Under the pieces are notes generated by a model. That model made no database searches. It saw only the letters and a program-made list of their open reading frames with translations, and was not told the origin of the DNA. DNA of 64,000 nt from Caldisericia bacterium. GTDB lineage: Bacteria; Caldisericota; Caldisericia; B22-G15. Both the position numbers and the translations under genes were made by a program. Where the stretch lies: the NCBI GenBank assembly GCA_030018355.1, contig JASEFN010000004.1, forward strand, positions 152,291 to 216,290, written 5' to 3'. The first letter of the stretch is position 1, and each line of letters starts with the position of its first letter. This document shows, one piece after another, positions 22,601-32,609 of this stretch.

Positions 22601-23756
22601 TAGGCGAGCTAAAAACTCCAGACCTGCCACTATTTCATCGAAATTAATATCTGGTTTCAATCCCTCATAGGCGAGCTAAAAACTCAGGAAGGCTTAGTTG
22701 TTTATTACGATGATGGTGGTTTCAATCCCTCATAGGCGAGCTAAAAACCTCTAATATCATCTCTAAATTTTTCAAAAAGAGCAAGTTTCAATCCCTCATA
22801 GGCGAGCTAAAAACTAAAAAGGAAATCAGTTAATACGATGATGAGATGCTAGTTTCAATCCCTCATAGGCGAGCTAAAAACTAAGATAAAACTTTTCCTT
22901 TGAATATGAAATTAAATGGTTTCAATCCCTCATAGGCGAGCTAAAAACTGCCTTTTGAAACTTCTGTTCCTACTCCAACAACTCCGTTTCAATCCCTCAT
23001 AGGCGAGCTAAAAACGTGCACCTATGGATAATAAAAGGGTATGGTTTTTTAGGTTTCAATCCCTCATAGGCGAGCTAAAAACAAGAAAAGAAAAATGCTT
23101 AAAAATTATGGTTTTTTAAGGTTTCAATCCCTCATAGGCGAGCTAAAAACCCTCTTTCCAATTAGTGACATTAAACTCTTTTCTTTGGTTTCAATCCCTC
23201 ATAGGCGAGCTAAAAACGCAACTGAACAAGGAAGACTAAAAGATGCAGAAGCTCGTTTCAATCCCTCATAGGCGAGCTAAAAACGGAATATTCCAATTTT
23301 TTTTCCTTCAATGGATAGAATAGTTTCAATCCCTCATAGGCGAGCTAAAAACGACATAAAAGCAGAACAAATAACAGACTATATAGAACTCGTTTCAATC
23401 CCTCATAGGCGAGCTAAAAACTTAAGATTTTCAAGAATTTTTTTATACTCATTATCAAGTTTCAATCCCTCATAGGCGAGCTAAAAACTCCTGATAAAAC
23501 AACAACTTTAGGTGGATTATGAGGTTTCAATCCCTCATAGGCGAGCTAAAAACCGATTACTTACATTTTTACAGTTGCTCAAATAGTTTAGTTTCAATCC
23601 CTCATAGGCGAGCTAAAAACGAGGTATTGGAGGATACGAATTTTGATATTTTTATTGGGTTTCAATCCCTCATAGGCGAGCTAAAAACGAATTAGGTAGG
23701 AAACTAGAAGGGAAAGCACTTGTATAGTTTCAATCCCTCATAGGCGAGCTAAAAAC
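16688..23756 (-). CRISPR. CRISPR array of 106 direct repeats of 30 bp and 105 spacers of 35-39 bp. It is transcribed from the leader at the high-coordinate end.
   Basis: Repeats were counted by hand. The consensus on the + strand is GTTTCAATCCCTCATAGGCGAGCTAAAAAC, and the reverse complement ends in ATTGAAAC, the 8-nt crRNA handle. The distal repeat at 16688-16717 has 3 mismatches and the second (16757) has 1. This terminal-repeat decay, with cas2 and the leader at the other end, fixes the orientation. Confidence 0.97.
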
Positions 23757-23939
23757 TCATTTTATACTAATATAATGTAAATTTTTAAAAATTAATTTTC
23801 AAAGATCAATACTAATTATAATTATATTATAATTATGGAAAATTTTTTGTAAACTAATAAATTTTTACTTTTTAAGTTTCTGTCGATCTCCATATATTTT
23901 TTCAATTTTATAGATCGACTGAAATTGTTTTTAAAAAAT
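23757..23939 (-). promoter_or_regulatory. CRISPR leader (AT-rich, about 180 bp) between the cas2 stop and the first repeat.
   Basis: Its position is immediately 3' of cas2 and 5' of the newest repeat. It is AT-rich and contains an 8-bp inverted repeat, GTCGATCT...AGATCGAC. Confidence 0.6.
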
Positions 23940-24203
23940 TTATATAACAATCTCAGAACCTCCTTTTTTTAAACCTATTATTTCTCTTTGTGAATACATG
24001 GTTGTTCTTAATATATAAAAAATAACTGAGTCTTCTTCTTTATTAATTACTCTTAAAATTTCAGATTTAAGTTTTTCATATTTAGCAATTGTTATTTCGC
24101 CTTCTAAAACAGAATTTTGTATCCAATTTAAATATTTTCTTCCTATTTTTAATACTTTATTTACTCTCCTTTCATTTACATCATAAACCATGATAATATA
24201 CAT
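23940..24203 (-). CDS. cas2: CRISPR-associated endoribonuclease Cas2.
   Basis: 87 aa. N-terminus MYIIMVYDVNERR... is typical of Cas2. It is the last gene of the cas operon, next to the leader. Confidence 0.85.
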   Translation of the reverse strand: MYIIMVYDVNERRVNKVLKIGRKYLNWIQNSVLEGEITIAKYEKLKSEILRVINKEEDSVIFYILRTTMYSQREIIGLKKGGSEIVI

Positions 24204-24207
24204 TTAA

Positions 24208-25212
24208 TCACCACTCTGATATAAAAGGCTCATATTCTTCTTCACCAATTAAATGTTTTTCTAATTTATATAACTCTAATCTTAATATTCTTCTATATGA
24301 AACATCTTTACCAATTTTCCTATGTTTTATAGTTGTGTTTAATCTTTCCTCAAATTTTTCTATAAAAGTCCTCCTACCTTTCTCTTTTAAATATAACCCT
24401 CCAAGTTTTTGATCAAAATCTGATAAATCAATCATATTTTTATTCAAAAGATAAAAAATCACTCTATCTACAATAATAGGTTTAAAAATTTCTGAAATAT
24501 CTAAGTTTAATGTAAATCTTCTAAAATTAGTAGCATGCAAAAAACCAATTCTAGGATCTAAATGTGTTTTATAAATTTCTGATAGAATCGTGGTGTATAA
24601 AAGAGAATTGCCAAAACTAATTAATGCATTTAATCTATTTTTAGGTGGTTTTTTACTCCTTTCATCAAAAGAAAATTCTTCTTTATCAATGATTCTATCA
24701 AAAGCGTTATAATAAACTTCTCTTATGTTACCTTCTATTGCCATTAATTGCTCTATATTTTCACATTCATTAAACAGTTTTGTTAAATTTATTATTTTTG
24801 AAATAATATCACTTAAATCTACACCTCTTGAGTGGTAATAATTCAAGACCTTTTCTATGTTTGAAGCCGCACCATAGACAAATTTCTTTGCAAGATGAAA
24901 TCTTTTTTCAATGTCAATATAATGTTCTGCTTGCTTTAGAATCATATACCCTGAATTATAATGCTCACGAGGATAATAAGATCCAATATAATAACCATAA
25001 TAGTTGTAAAAATGTAAAATAACTTCATTTTGAGTTAAAAACTCTAATATCTCTTTATTAAATGTAACTTCTCCAAATATGTGTAGTTCATTTAAATTCT
25101 CTATTGGTAAGAATTTTTTAATACCACCCTCACCTTCAAAGTAGATAGTATTTTGTTTTCTTTTTAACTCACCATTTGTGAAAACAAAAATTCTCTCTTT
25201 CATGACCAACAA
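24208..25212 (-). CDS. cas1: CRISPR-associated integrase Cas1.
   Basis: 334 aa, positioned between cas4 and cas2. The sequence composition is Cas1-like (...GNSLLYTTILSEIY..., ...DRVIFYLLN...). Confidence 0.88.
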   Translation of the reverse strand: MLVMKERIFVFTNGELKRKQNTIYFEGEGGIKKFLPIENLNELHIFGEVTFNKEILEFLTQNEVILHFYNYYGYYIGSYYPREHYNSGYMILKQAEHYIDIEKRFHLAKKFVYGAASNIEKVLNYYHSRGVDLSDIISKIINLTKLFNECENIEQLMAIEGNIREVYYNAFDRIIDKEEFSFDERSKKPPKNRLNALISFGNSLLYTTILSEIYKTHLDPRIGFLHATNFRRFTLNLDISEIFKPIIVDRVIFYLLNKNMIDLSDFDQKLGGLYLKEKGRRTFIEKFEERLNTTIKHRKIGKDVSYRRILRLELYKLEKHLIGEEEYEPFISEW

Positions 25213-25694
25213 AATTCTCTAAAAGCACATCTTTTACAAAATCTATTTTTTTGAAGTTCTGGTGGTTTATCTAAAATTATTATCTTTTCTATTTCTTCAA
25301 TTGCTTTATCAATCTCTTTCTCTAATTGTTCATTTAATTCAACTTTTATAACTTTTCTTTCCTTAGGGATCAATAACTCACCTTTAGATTCTACTCCTAA
25401 CTCCTTTAATTTCTTTAGATAAAAAGCAAGTTGTAATATACTTGATTTTTCATATTTACTTGATTTTTTAATTTCACCTATGAGTAAATATTTTCCACTC
25501 TTTTTTATAAGATCAATCTTCATATTTTTAAAATTGTAAAATTTATTTGCTCTTTTATAAAAATTTTCTTCAATAACTCTTCCAAATTCAAGAAAAGAAT
25601 TATCTTGATCTGGATTTAGTTCTCTACTCATAAACCATACTTCTCTCTTGCATATATTAAAATACCAAATAAGAGTTCCAGTTATAGAGAACAC
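25200..25694 (-). CDS. cas4: Cas4 RecB-like nuclease with an Fe-S cluster.
   Basis: 164 aa. It has an N-terminal Cys and a C-terminal CKRCAFREFC cysteine triad, and lies between cas3 and cas1. Confidence 0.85.
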   Translation of the reverse strand: MFSITGTLIWYFNICKREVWFMSRELNPDQDNSFLEFGRVIEENFYKRANKFYNFKNMKIDLIKKSGKYLLIGEIKKSSKYEKSSILQLAFYLKKLKELGVESKGELLIPKERKVIKVELNEQLEKEIDKAIEEIEKIIILDKPPELQKNRFCKRCAFREFCWS

Positions 25695-25695
25695 T

Positions 25696-28173
25696 TTAAA
25701 TTATCCAAACACTTTTTTCACAACTTTTATATCCAATTTCCATATCATAGTTTTTCTCAGTTATGTACCCTAAATATGGTTCGATTAGAAACTCCTCAAC
25801 TTCTTTTTTAGGTACAGAAATTATAAAATTATAAAATTTATTTCTTATCTTTAAAAACTCATTTCTTCTTTTATATTTATCTTTAATCTTTCTTATCTCT
25901 TTATAATTTTTCCATATTTCACTTGACTCTTTGTTGATGTCAACAAATATATCAATCTTTGGCTCTTCATCTGTTATAAGTTGAAATTTACCAATTGTTG
26001 AAAACATTAACCTTTCCATTGCTTCTATATTTTCCTTTGATGAGTTTTCAGCTCCTCTTTCTAAGACTTTTTTAAAATATTCAGGTATTAATAAACCTAT
26101 TTCTTTTTCTCCAATTTGTTTATTTTTTAAATTTTCAAATATTTCTTTTGTTATTCCAATTAAAGTACTATCATAAATTCTACTAAAAGTCCTATTATTA
26201 TCTTTTAAATGTAAAATTTTTAAAACACCCTCATTTTTTTCATTGTTTCTGTTACATCTTCCTCCTGTTTGAATAATACAGTCAAAAGGAGCCATATCTC
26301 TATAAATTATATCTAAGTCTATATCAACTCCAGCCTCTATTAATTGAGTTGTAACTATTATTTTTCTTTTATCATTGCTGTTTTTAATATATCTTATTCT
26401 TTCTATTCTATGGATAGGTAAAATATGTGTTGAAAGATTAATTAAAATTAAGTTTTTGAATTCTAAAATTCCTTTTAATCCTTCATTTTCTATTTTATTT
26501 TTAGGCTCTCCGTATATTTTCTTTAATTCATCTTTTAAAAACTTATAGAGATCTTTTGAGGCATTTATTGTATTTACAACAATCCCAATATTTTTATTGC
26601 TTTCTAAAATTTCATTTAATAGATTTTTCTTAAATTCATCAAAATCTATCTCATCAGTATTTATCAAGTATTTCACTCTATTAAATTTTCCAAAATATTT
26701 ATTTTTGTCTTTTATCAAAGGAATAATTTCATCTTCTTTAAAAATAAAAGGTTGTGTTGCTGTCATCAAAATAAGCCAACTGTTATAATTATAAACGAGA
26801 TGTTTTAATGCCTCTTTCACTAAAAGCCAATATTCATAAGGAATAGATTGTACTTCATCTAAAATAATTATGGAATTTGCCATGTTATGGAACTTTCTCG
26901 CTGCTTTATTTCTATTTGTAATCAAACTGTGGAAAAATTGGACAAATGTAGTCATAATTATTTCTGAATGCCATCCTTCTATTAACAATAAAGATTTACT
27001 TGGATCATCTTCTAATTCCTCCTCACTTGTTATATATTTAATATCTATAAGATGGTGATGTTTTAAAAGTAGACTACTTGGTATTTTTTCTAATTTTTCC
27101 CTTTTTTCTTTTTCGTTCATTTTTAATAATTCTTTCCAGTTTGCAATTCCTGCATATTCTGCCAAAACCTCAGAAAATACATCTACATTTTGATCTATTA
27201 TGCTTAAAAAGGGAAGTGAATAAATTATTCTTGGTGTAGTACCTAATCGAGATTTAATAATATGTCTCAATTTTAATGCAAAAGATAAAACAGTTAATGT
27301 TTTTCCAAAACCTGTTGGTAATTCTATAGAAAAAATTCTTTCATTTTCCAAGTTTTTTTCAATTTCTTTTAGTCTTGAAATTATCTCCTTATATGAGTCA
27401 TTTCTTACAATATTTATTTTCTCCCCATCATCTGTAAATTTTACTTTTTTATAACGATCAACTAAGTCTGATGGAATATTAATCCACTTTTTTCTTTCTT
27501 CTTCCAACTTCTCAAAATCAATTTCTGATGCATCAAGTTTATCTGAATCCAACAAAACAGAGTATAGAAATAGAATCAAAAAATAGTTTTTAATATTACT
27601 TTCAAATGCTATTTTTTCTCCTTCTTTCTTTATTTCTTTACAAATATCTTCAAATTCTTCAAAAAATTCCTCTAAATTTATTTCAATCGGGCTTAAGTTA
27701 CTGTATATAGCATTCACTTCATTAAGATGAAATTGTCTAATATTATTTATTTTCTCCTTTTCTATATACAAATCATTTAATTTTTCTAATTCTCCTTGTG
27801 TTCCCATTAAATCTTCAAGATCAAGATGGTGTTTCATTATTACAAGCCATGAAATTAAAGAAATATTATAAGAGGTATTATTAAATTTTGTAAATTTTTT
27901 TATTAAATAATACCCAAAAATTGAAGACAATCTCCCATGATATGCTCTTTCAGTTTTTATACCAGTCTTAAGGTATTCTTGAAAATATGTTGTCGACTTT
28001 GCAAAATCATGAGAAATACCAATTAAATAAGATATTTCTGATAATAATTCTTTATCTTTTATTCCTTCTTTACTAAGCACTATTTTCTTAGAAATCTCAC
28101 CAACATTTTTTAAATGATGATATAGAAGTTTTTTTGGGTGTGATTTGAGCTTAAAATAAAATGACATTGACAT
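25696..28173 (-). CDS. cas3: Cas3 HD-nuclease/helicase fusion.
   Basis: 825 aa. N-terminal HD domain (HHLKNVG...IGISHDFAKST) is followed by DEAD/DEAH helicase motifs (PTGFGKT, ...IILDEVQ...). Confidence 0.9.
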   Translation of the reverse strand: MSMSFYFKLKSHPKKLLYHHLKNVGEISKKIVLSKEGIKDKELLSEISYLIGISHDFAKSTTYFQEYLKTGIKTERAYHGRLSSIFGYYLIKKFTKFNNTSYNISLISWLVIMKHHLDLEDLMGTQGELEKLNDLYIEKEKINNIRQFHLNEVNAIYSNLSPIEINLEEFFEEFEDICKEIKKEGEKIAFESNIKNYFLILFLYSVLLDSDKLDASEIDFEKLEEERKKWINIPSDLVDRYKKVKFTDDGEKINIVRNDSYKEIISRLKEIEKNLENERIFSIELPTGFGKTLTVLSFALKLRHIIKSRLGTTPRIIYSLPFLSIIDQNVDVFSEVLAEYAGIANWKELLKMNEKEKREKLEKIPSSLLLKHHHLIDIKYITSEEELEDDPSKSLLLIEGWHSEIIMTTFVQFFHSLITNRNKAARKFHNMANSIIILDEVQSIPYEYWLLVKEALKHLVYNYNSWLILMTATQPFIFKEDEIIPLIKDKNKYFGKFNRVKYLINTDEIDFDEFKKNLLNEILESNKNIGIVVNTINASKDLYKFLKDELKKIYGEPKNKIENEGLKGILEFKNLILINLSTHILPIHRIERIRYIKNSNDKRKIIVTTQLIEAGVDIDLDIIYRDMAPFDCIIQTGGRCNRNNEKNEGVLKILHLKDNNRTFSRIYDSTLIGITKEIFENLKNKQIGEKEIGLLIPEYFKKVLERGAENSSKENIEAMERLMFSTIGKFQLITDEEPKIDIFVDINKESSEIWKNYKEIRKIKDKYKRRNEFLKIRNKFYNFIISVPKKEVEEFLIEPYLGYITEKNYDMEIGYKSCEKSVWII

Positions 28174-28873
28174 CGATATTCTTGCCTATTACTTTATAAT
28201 AGTTTCCACTGATTATTTTTATTTTTTTTCCATCTTCTTCATATATCATCTCTAAAAAATCCTGTATAACTCTATTATTGTCCATAAATCCCGGGATTTT
28301 AATTTTTCCGTATCTTTTGCCTTCTTCTAATACAATTTTAATATCATTACTATTTTTAATGATAGATGATATTTCAACTATTTCATCTTCAGTATATTTT
28401 GGTTCAACCTCAAGTATATCAATATATTTGAAATTTGCTATGCACTCTGAAATTCCAAGGTAAGGAGTATAGATAGACTTATGTTCTTTTAAGAGACGCG
28501 CTAGATCATCTAAATTTTCTTTCATCCATAAATAAATTCTGTATTTTGGTTCTTTAAGATATTCAAAAGGAATCTGTGTTCTTTGTCCCTTATTATCCCA
28601 TAAATAAAAACCTGTTTTTGTATCAATTAAATTTTGTGTAATCTTTATCCTTTTTATAGGGTTTATAATTTGTAAAGCAATGGCACTATTATCTTTACTA
28701 AATAAGTTATAATAACTATCTCTTGGTAATCCTATTATTGCAGCTATCATTCCAGAAAGAGCAGTTCGTGGAGGAAAGGGGTAAGTTAATGGAGATGTTG
28801 TTGTATAACCTCTCCTAAAATGTGCATAATCTCCCCAAACATCAAAGACAAGAACTTTATTTATATCAGGCAT
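28151..28873 (-). CDS. cas5: Cas5 (type I-B, Cas5h/Cas5t).
   Basis: 240 aa. N-terminus MPDINKVLVFDVWGDYAHFRR...TYPFPPRTALSGMIAAIIG is characteristic of Cas5. Confidence 0.8.
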   Translation of the reverse strand: MPDINKVLVFDVWGDYAHFRRGYTTTSPLTYPFPPRTALSGMIAAIIGLPRDSYYNLFSKDNSAIALQIINPIKRIKITQNLIDTKTGFYLWDNKGQRTQIPFEYLKEPKYRIYLWMKENLDDLARLLKEHKSIYTPYLGISECIANFKYIDILEVEPKYTEDEIVEISSIIKNSNDIKIVLEEGKRYGKIKIPGFMDNNRVIQDFLEMIYEEDGKKIKIISGNYYKVIGKNIDVNVILF

Positions 28874-28880
28874 TTTTTCT

Positions 28881-29918
28881 TTACTTATCCAAGTTAAGCT
28901 CTTTTATCTTATCCTTCAATTCTACAATACTTTTTAAACCCTCTATTAGTGCTTTTTTACCTCGGTATTCCCTATCATCAACTTTAAACAGAACTTTATC
29001 ATTTGCTTCTATTTGAACTTCTTTTATTCTATCACTTTTTTCTTTTAATATTGTTACAAGATCTGATAACTCCACTTTTACCTCATCGATACTTCTTAAA
29101 GTTTTTCCATTTCTCCCATCTTTATCAATCTCTTTCCCATTAATATCGAGAAGTTTTATCTCTTTATCCAAATCACCAATATGATAATTTTTTTCATTAT
29201 AAATTACACGTAATAATAATCTAGGGACTTGACCTATTTTGGATCTAGTAATGAGATTTTTGGTTCCATTCCACATTCCATCAAGGAGTTCATTTATATC
29301 CTCTTCCGTTAGTTTTGTATCTTTGGCTGCATTTTCATTAATCAAACCATAAAAGCAAATTAAAGAATAAGGTACTATCCATGATTCAGTAAATGACCCA
29401 CCTGCTTTCATTTCTTGTGTTGGTAATACACTTGTTCCTTTAATAAAAACAGGCTCAACTTTATGAAGGGAATGTCCAAATCTAAACTGTACAGGTCCTA
29501 TCCAAGTGAATACTTTTTCTCCTTTTCTTTTTGTTTTTCCAACCTCTTCGATTTCCTCTTCCTCCCCTTTTCTTTCTTTAGGTTGTTTGCCAGCTATAGT
29601 TGCACCAAAAAGTCTTAAATCAATATACTTCTCTAAAAGATTCACTGCATTAGCTTTATTTTTTATCCCGGCTTCCTCTAATTTCTTTTCTCTTGTTTTC
29701 CTTGATCCGTCTTCTTCAATTTCTTCCTTTAGCCAGATATCTTTTCCTTTGAATTTAGCTAAATAGTCTCTTATTGTTCTCTTTAATCTAACATCAGTCA
29801 CAATGTTTATTTCAGTTTCTACATCTAAACGTGGTTTATTCTCATCTGGATCTCCATTAGGATTTGCATCTTTAACATCATACAAAAAAATTAACTCAGA
29901 TCTTCTTACTACATCCAT
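28881..29918 (-). CDS. cas7: Cas7 (type I-B backbone protein, Csh2/Cst2/DevR family).
   Basis: 345 aa. N-terminus ...LIFLYDVKDANPNGDPDENKPR... is the conserved Cas7-I-B signature. Confidence 0.85.
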   Translation of the reverse strand: MDVVRRSELIFLYDVKDANPNGDPDENKPRLDVETEINIVTDVRLKRTIRDYLAKFKGKDIWLKEEIEEDGSRKTREKKLEEAGIKNKANAVNLLEKYIDLRLFGATIAGKQPKERKGEEEEIEEVGKTKRKGEKVFTWIGPVQFRFGHSLHKVEPVFIKGTSVLPTQEMKAGGSFTESWIVPYSLICFYGLINENAAKDTKLTEEDINELLDGMWNGTKNLITRSKIGQVPRLLLRVIYNEKNYHIGDLDKEIKLLDINGKEIDKDGRNGKTLRSIDEVKVELSDLVTILKEKSDRIKEVQIEANDKVLFKVDDREYRGKKALIEGLKSIVELKDKIKELNLDK

Positions 29919-29940
29919 AATAATTAACCTCCTTTTTTAT

Positions 29941-31800
29941 TTATTTTTTTGATTCAAATATAAACATTTCATTAAGAGTTATTCCTAAAGCAAAATAATA
30001 ACTTATTTCATCTTTTGGTATATTCCACTTATTTCCAGCTTTAACTAAGAATTTGGCAGCAATTTCCTCAAGTTCTTCAAAACCTACTTTGTATTGTCTT
30101 AATTTATTGATTGCCTCCGTAAAGATATTTTTTATTCTTCGTTCATCCATCATTAATCCATGTAGTTTATCCCAAAATGGCTCTTCCCCAAATTTTGTTT
30201 TTCTTTCTTTCCTTTGGACTCCTAGTAAATATCCTACTAACATTCCAACAGAGAAGGCCGCTTTTGATGGGGTATCAAATTGATATTCTTTAAAGAAATT
30301 TTCTATTCTTTCTTCAAACTTTTCTTCGCCCATTTTTATAACCTCCTTTTCTAATCTTTCTTCTATATTTTCATCTATTAATAATTTTAACTCTCGAAAG
30401 AATAAATAAAGCATAAATGACTTTAAACAAAGAACTTTCATATTATAAAAATCATTATCTTTAATCGCGTTCCTTATTTCTCTTACAAAGGCTGAAATTA
30501 GGAAATCTTTATTAATTCTTCTATTTGATAGAATAGAACGAGTTATCTCTCTAAAATATTTCTCGTAAATTCCATGTGTTCTTGAAAAAGGAAAGAAATT
30601 TCTAGTAAATACTATAAACCAGTTATTTATTCCTAAACCTTTATCTTTTTTAGTTCTTCCTTTTACAAAGTCTCCGTGCCAATCTTTACCCAATATTTTT
30701 TTGATATTCTCCTCTTGAAATATATCTTTTTTTCTAATATTTTCTTGGATCCTATCAATTTTTTTAATCCATGATGGAAGGACATCTTCTACATATTGAA
30801 CAATATCAATATATTTTCCACCACCTTTTTTGCTATAAAAAATAAAAATCAATCTCAAATCATCCTTTTTCTCTTCAAGTGTTTTTTCTAACCAATCTTC
30901 TTTACTTAAGAGCCCTTCTTCATATTCTTTATCTTTAAAGAATTCAATGTATTTATAGAATTCGTCAAATAATTCACCATACATAAATTTAGGAAGAACA
31001 TAATAATTACAACCAAAGAAATTATTTTCCTCTTTCTTGGGGAAATTTAGATATAAATCTAAAAATCTTTTCCCAATCTCTAAAAATTTTGCACAATCTT
31101 TACAAATTGGTATATATTTCCAGTGATCTGTTTGAACAAAAGAAGGTGTAAACCCAGGTTTATCTGATGTAGCAAAGGAGAATCCAAAAGCAGGTAAAAC
31201 AAAACCATAAAGATCTTTATGTTCTTTACATAAGAAACAAATACCTTTTCCTTTCGACTCCCCTATAGATTTTAAAAAATAATATTTTTTAGATGCATCT
31301 TCAACTAAAATTTTTCTAAATATTTCTATTTCTCCTAAATGTTTCTCCTTACCATTCTCTTCTATTTTTATTGTCAATAATACATTTTTTCTTTCATCTT
31401 TATGAAAATTCTCATATTCTTTTATTAAAGCTTCAATTATTTTACCTTTATTATTTTCTAAAATTTCTCTAATTTCTTTTACTTCACTTTCTTTCTGATC
31501 ATTAAACCATTTTATGATTTTATTTTCAAATGTTTTATTAACTTTTTCAGTGATTAATGAAGAAGGTAAAATATCTTTTCCTCTTCCAGACCCTCCACGA
31601 TAAAGAATAGGCTTATCAACTGAGTAAGGTTCAGAAATTACCTTTTTGTAAAAATATTTACCATCTTCCGTTTTTTGTAAAAGTATACATAAAATCTTCT
31701 TTGTTTTTGAAAGTTTTGCTTTGTCCAAAAAAATTTCTATTTCACTCTTATTATCTTTTTTACTTATATGCTCTCCAATCTCTTTTAAAGCGTCAATCAT
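29941..31800 (-). CDS. cas8b: Cas8b large subunit (Csh1/Cst1-like).
   Basis: 619 aa, encoded between cas6 and cas7 in canonical I-B order. Internal cysteine cluster (CFLCKEHK...CKDCAKF). The call rests mainly on position and size. Confidence 0.7.
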   Translation of the reverse strand: MIDALKEIGEHISKKDNKSEIEIFLDKAKLSKTKKILCILLQKTEDGKYFYKKVISEPYSVDKPILYRGGSGRGKDILPSSLITEKVNKTFENKIIKWFNDQKESEVKEIREILENNKGKIIEALIKEYENFHKDERKNVLLTIKIEENGKEKHLGEIEIFRKILVEDASKKYYFLKSIGESKGKGICFLCKEHKDLYGFVLPAFGFSFATSDKPGFTPSFVQTDHWKYIPICKDCAKFLEIGKRFLDLYLNFPKKEENNFFGCNYYVLPKFMYGELFDEFYKYIEFFKDKEYEEGLLSKEDWLEKTLEEKKDDLRLIFIFYSKKGGGKYIDIVQYVEDVLPSWIKKIDRIQENIRKKDIFQEENIKKILGKDWHGDFVKGRTKKDKGLGINNWFIVFTRNFFPFSRTHGIYEKYFREITRSILSNRRINKDFLISAFVREIRNAIKDNDFYNMKVLCLKSFMLYLFFRELKLLIDENIEERLEKEVIKMGEEKFEERIENFFKEYQFDTPSKAAFSVGMLVGYLLGVQRKERKTKFGEEPFWDKLHGLMMDERRIKNIFTEAINKLRQYKVGFEELEEIAAKFLVKAGNKWNIPKDEISYYFALGITLNEMFIFESKK

Positions 31801-32576
31801 TCTATCTCACCTCCTTTATAAATTTCCCATAAACCAAAACCTTCTGAGTTTCTATCACCCAAACCTGTATCATAAGATAAACTTATAAGTTGTTGAGAAC
31901 CATCTAATTCAAATATACCATCATATGCTTCAATTGGTGTGTTTTTAAATTTAATAAGATGGAAGTTTGATTTTATTGAAAAATAGATTGGCTTTATTTC
32001 AAATTTTGTACATTCTGGATCTTTTCCGTAAAGTGCTCTAAATTTTTTAATTAAATTTTGAGTTAATAATGAATTGAATGCTTTTTCGATAGGTTTATAA
32101 TAAATACTTCTTTTATTTCCATCTTGAAGTTCAATTGTTGAGTGAATAGTAACTGGAGATAAAAATTTAATTTTTAAAGGTGCTTCTAATCTTGGCGTCA
32201 TATAAACTCTAATTTTTGATAAGTATATTCTATTTTTAAGTAAAGTAAACTCTCTTTCCTTTATACTTTTCTCCCCAAGATCTGATACTATCTCTTCTTT
32301 TGGTGAAGAGAAAATAAAAGAAATTGAATTTTTAAAAATCAAAAAATCTTGATCTTTTAATTTTACTTTTTCACCCTTTTCTAAAATTCTTGAAAATGTA
32401 AAAAATTTAAAACTTCTCTTTTCAAATTTAAAACCATCGTTATGAAGTTTCGTTGCAAGAATTGGAGAAAATATTTTATAAATTAATGATTGAATGTAAA
32501 AATTATAATGCACAGGCAAAATAATTTTTCCATTTAGACTTTCAAAAGATATCTCAATTCTCATCATATCCTCCAT
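31797..32576 (-). CDS. cas6: Cas6 crRNA endoribonuclease.
   Basis: 259 aa. C-terminal glycine-rich loop GLGDRNSEGFGLWEI. It is the first gene of the cas operon. Confidence 0.8.
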   Translation of the reverse strand: MEDMMRIEISFESLNGKIILPVHYNFYIQSLIYKIFSPILATKLHNDGFKFEKRSFKFFTFSRILEKGEKVKLKDQDFLIFKNSISFIFSSPKEEIVSDLGEKSIKEREFTLLKNRIYLSKIRVYMTPRLEAPLKIKFLSPVTIHSTIELQDGNKRSIYYKPIEKAFNSLLTQNLIKKFRALYGKDPECTKFEIKPIYFSIKSNFHLIKFKNTPIEAYDGIFELDGSQQLISLSYDTGLGDRNSEGFGLWEIYKGGEIE

Positions 32577-32609
32577 TTTAATATTTTTAGGGTGAAAAAT
32601 AAGTTCCCT

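Noticed and set aside
23940-32576. Possibility of a type III or hybrid system (the repeat resembles those used by III-A/III-B loci)
   Set aside because: No cas10, csm or cmr genes are present in the window. The gene set is the complete canonical I-B complement with cas8b, cas7, cas5 and cas3.
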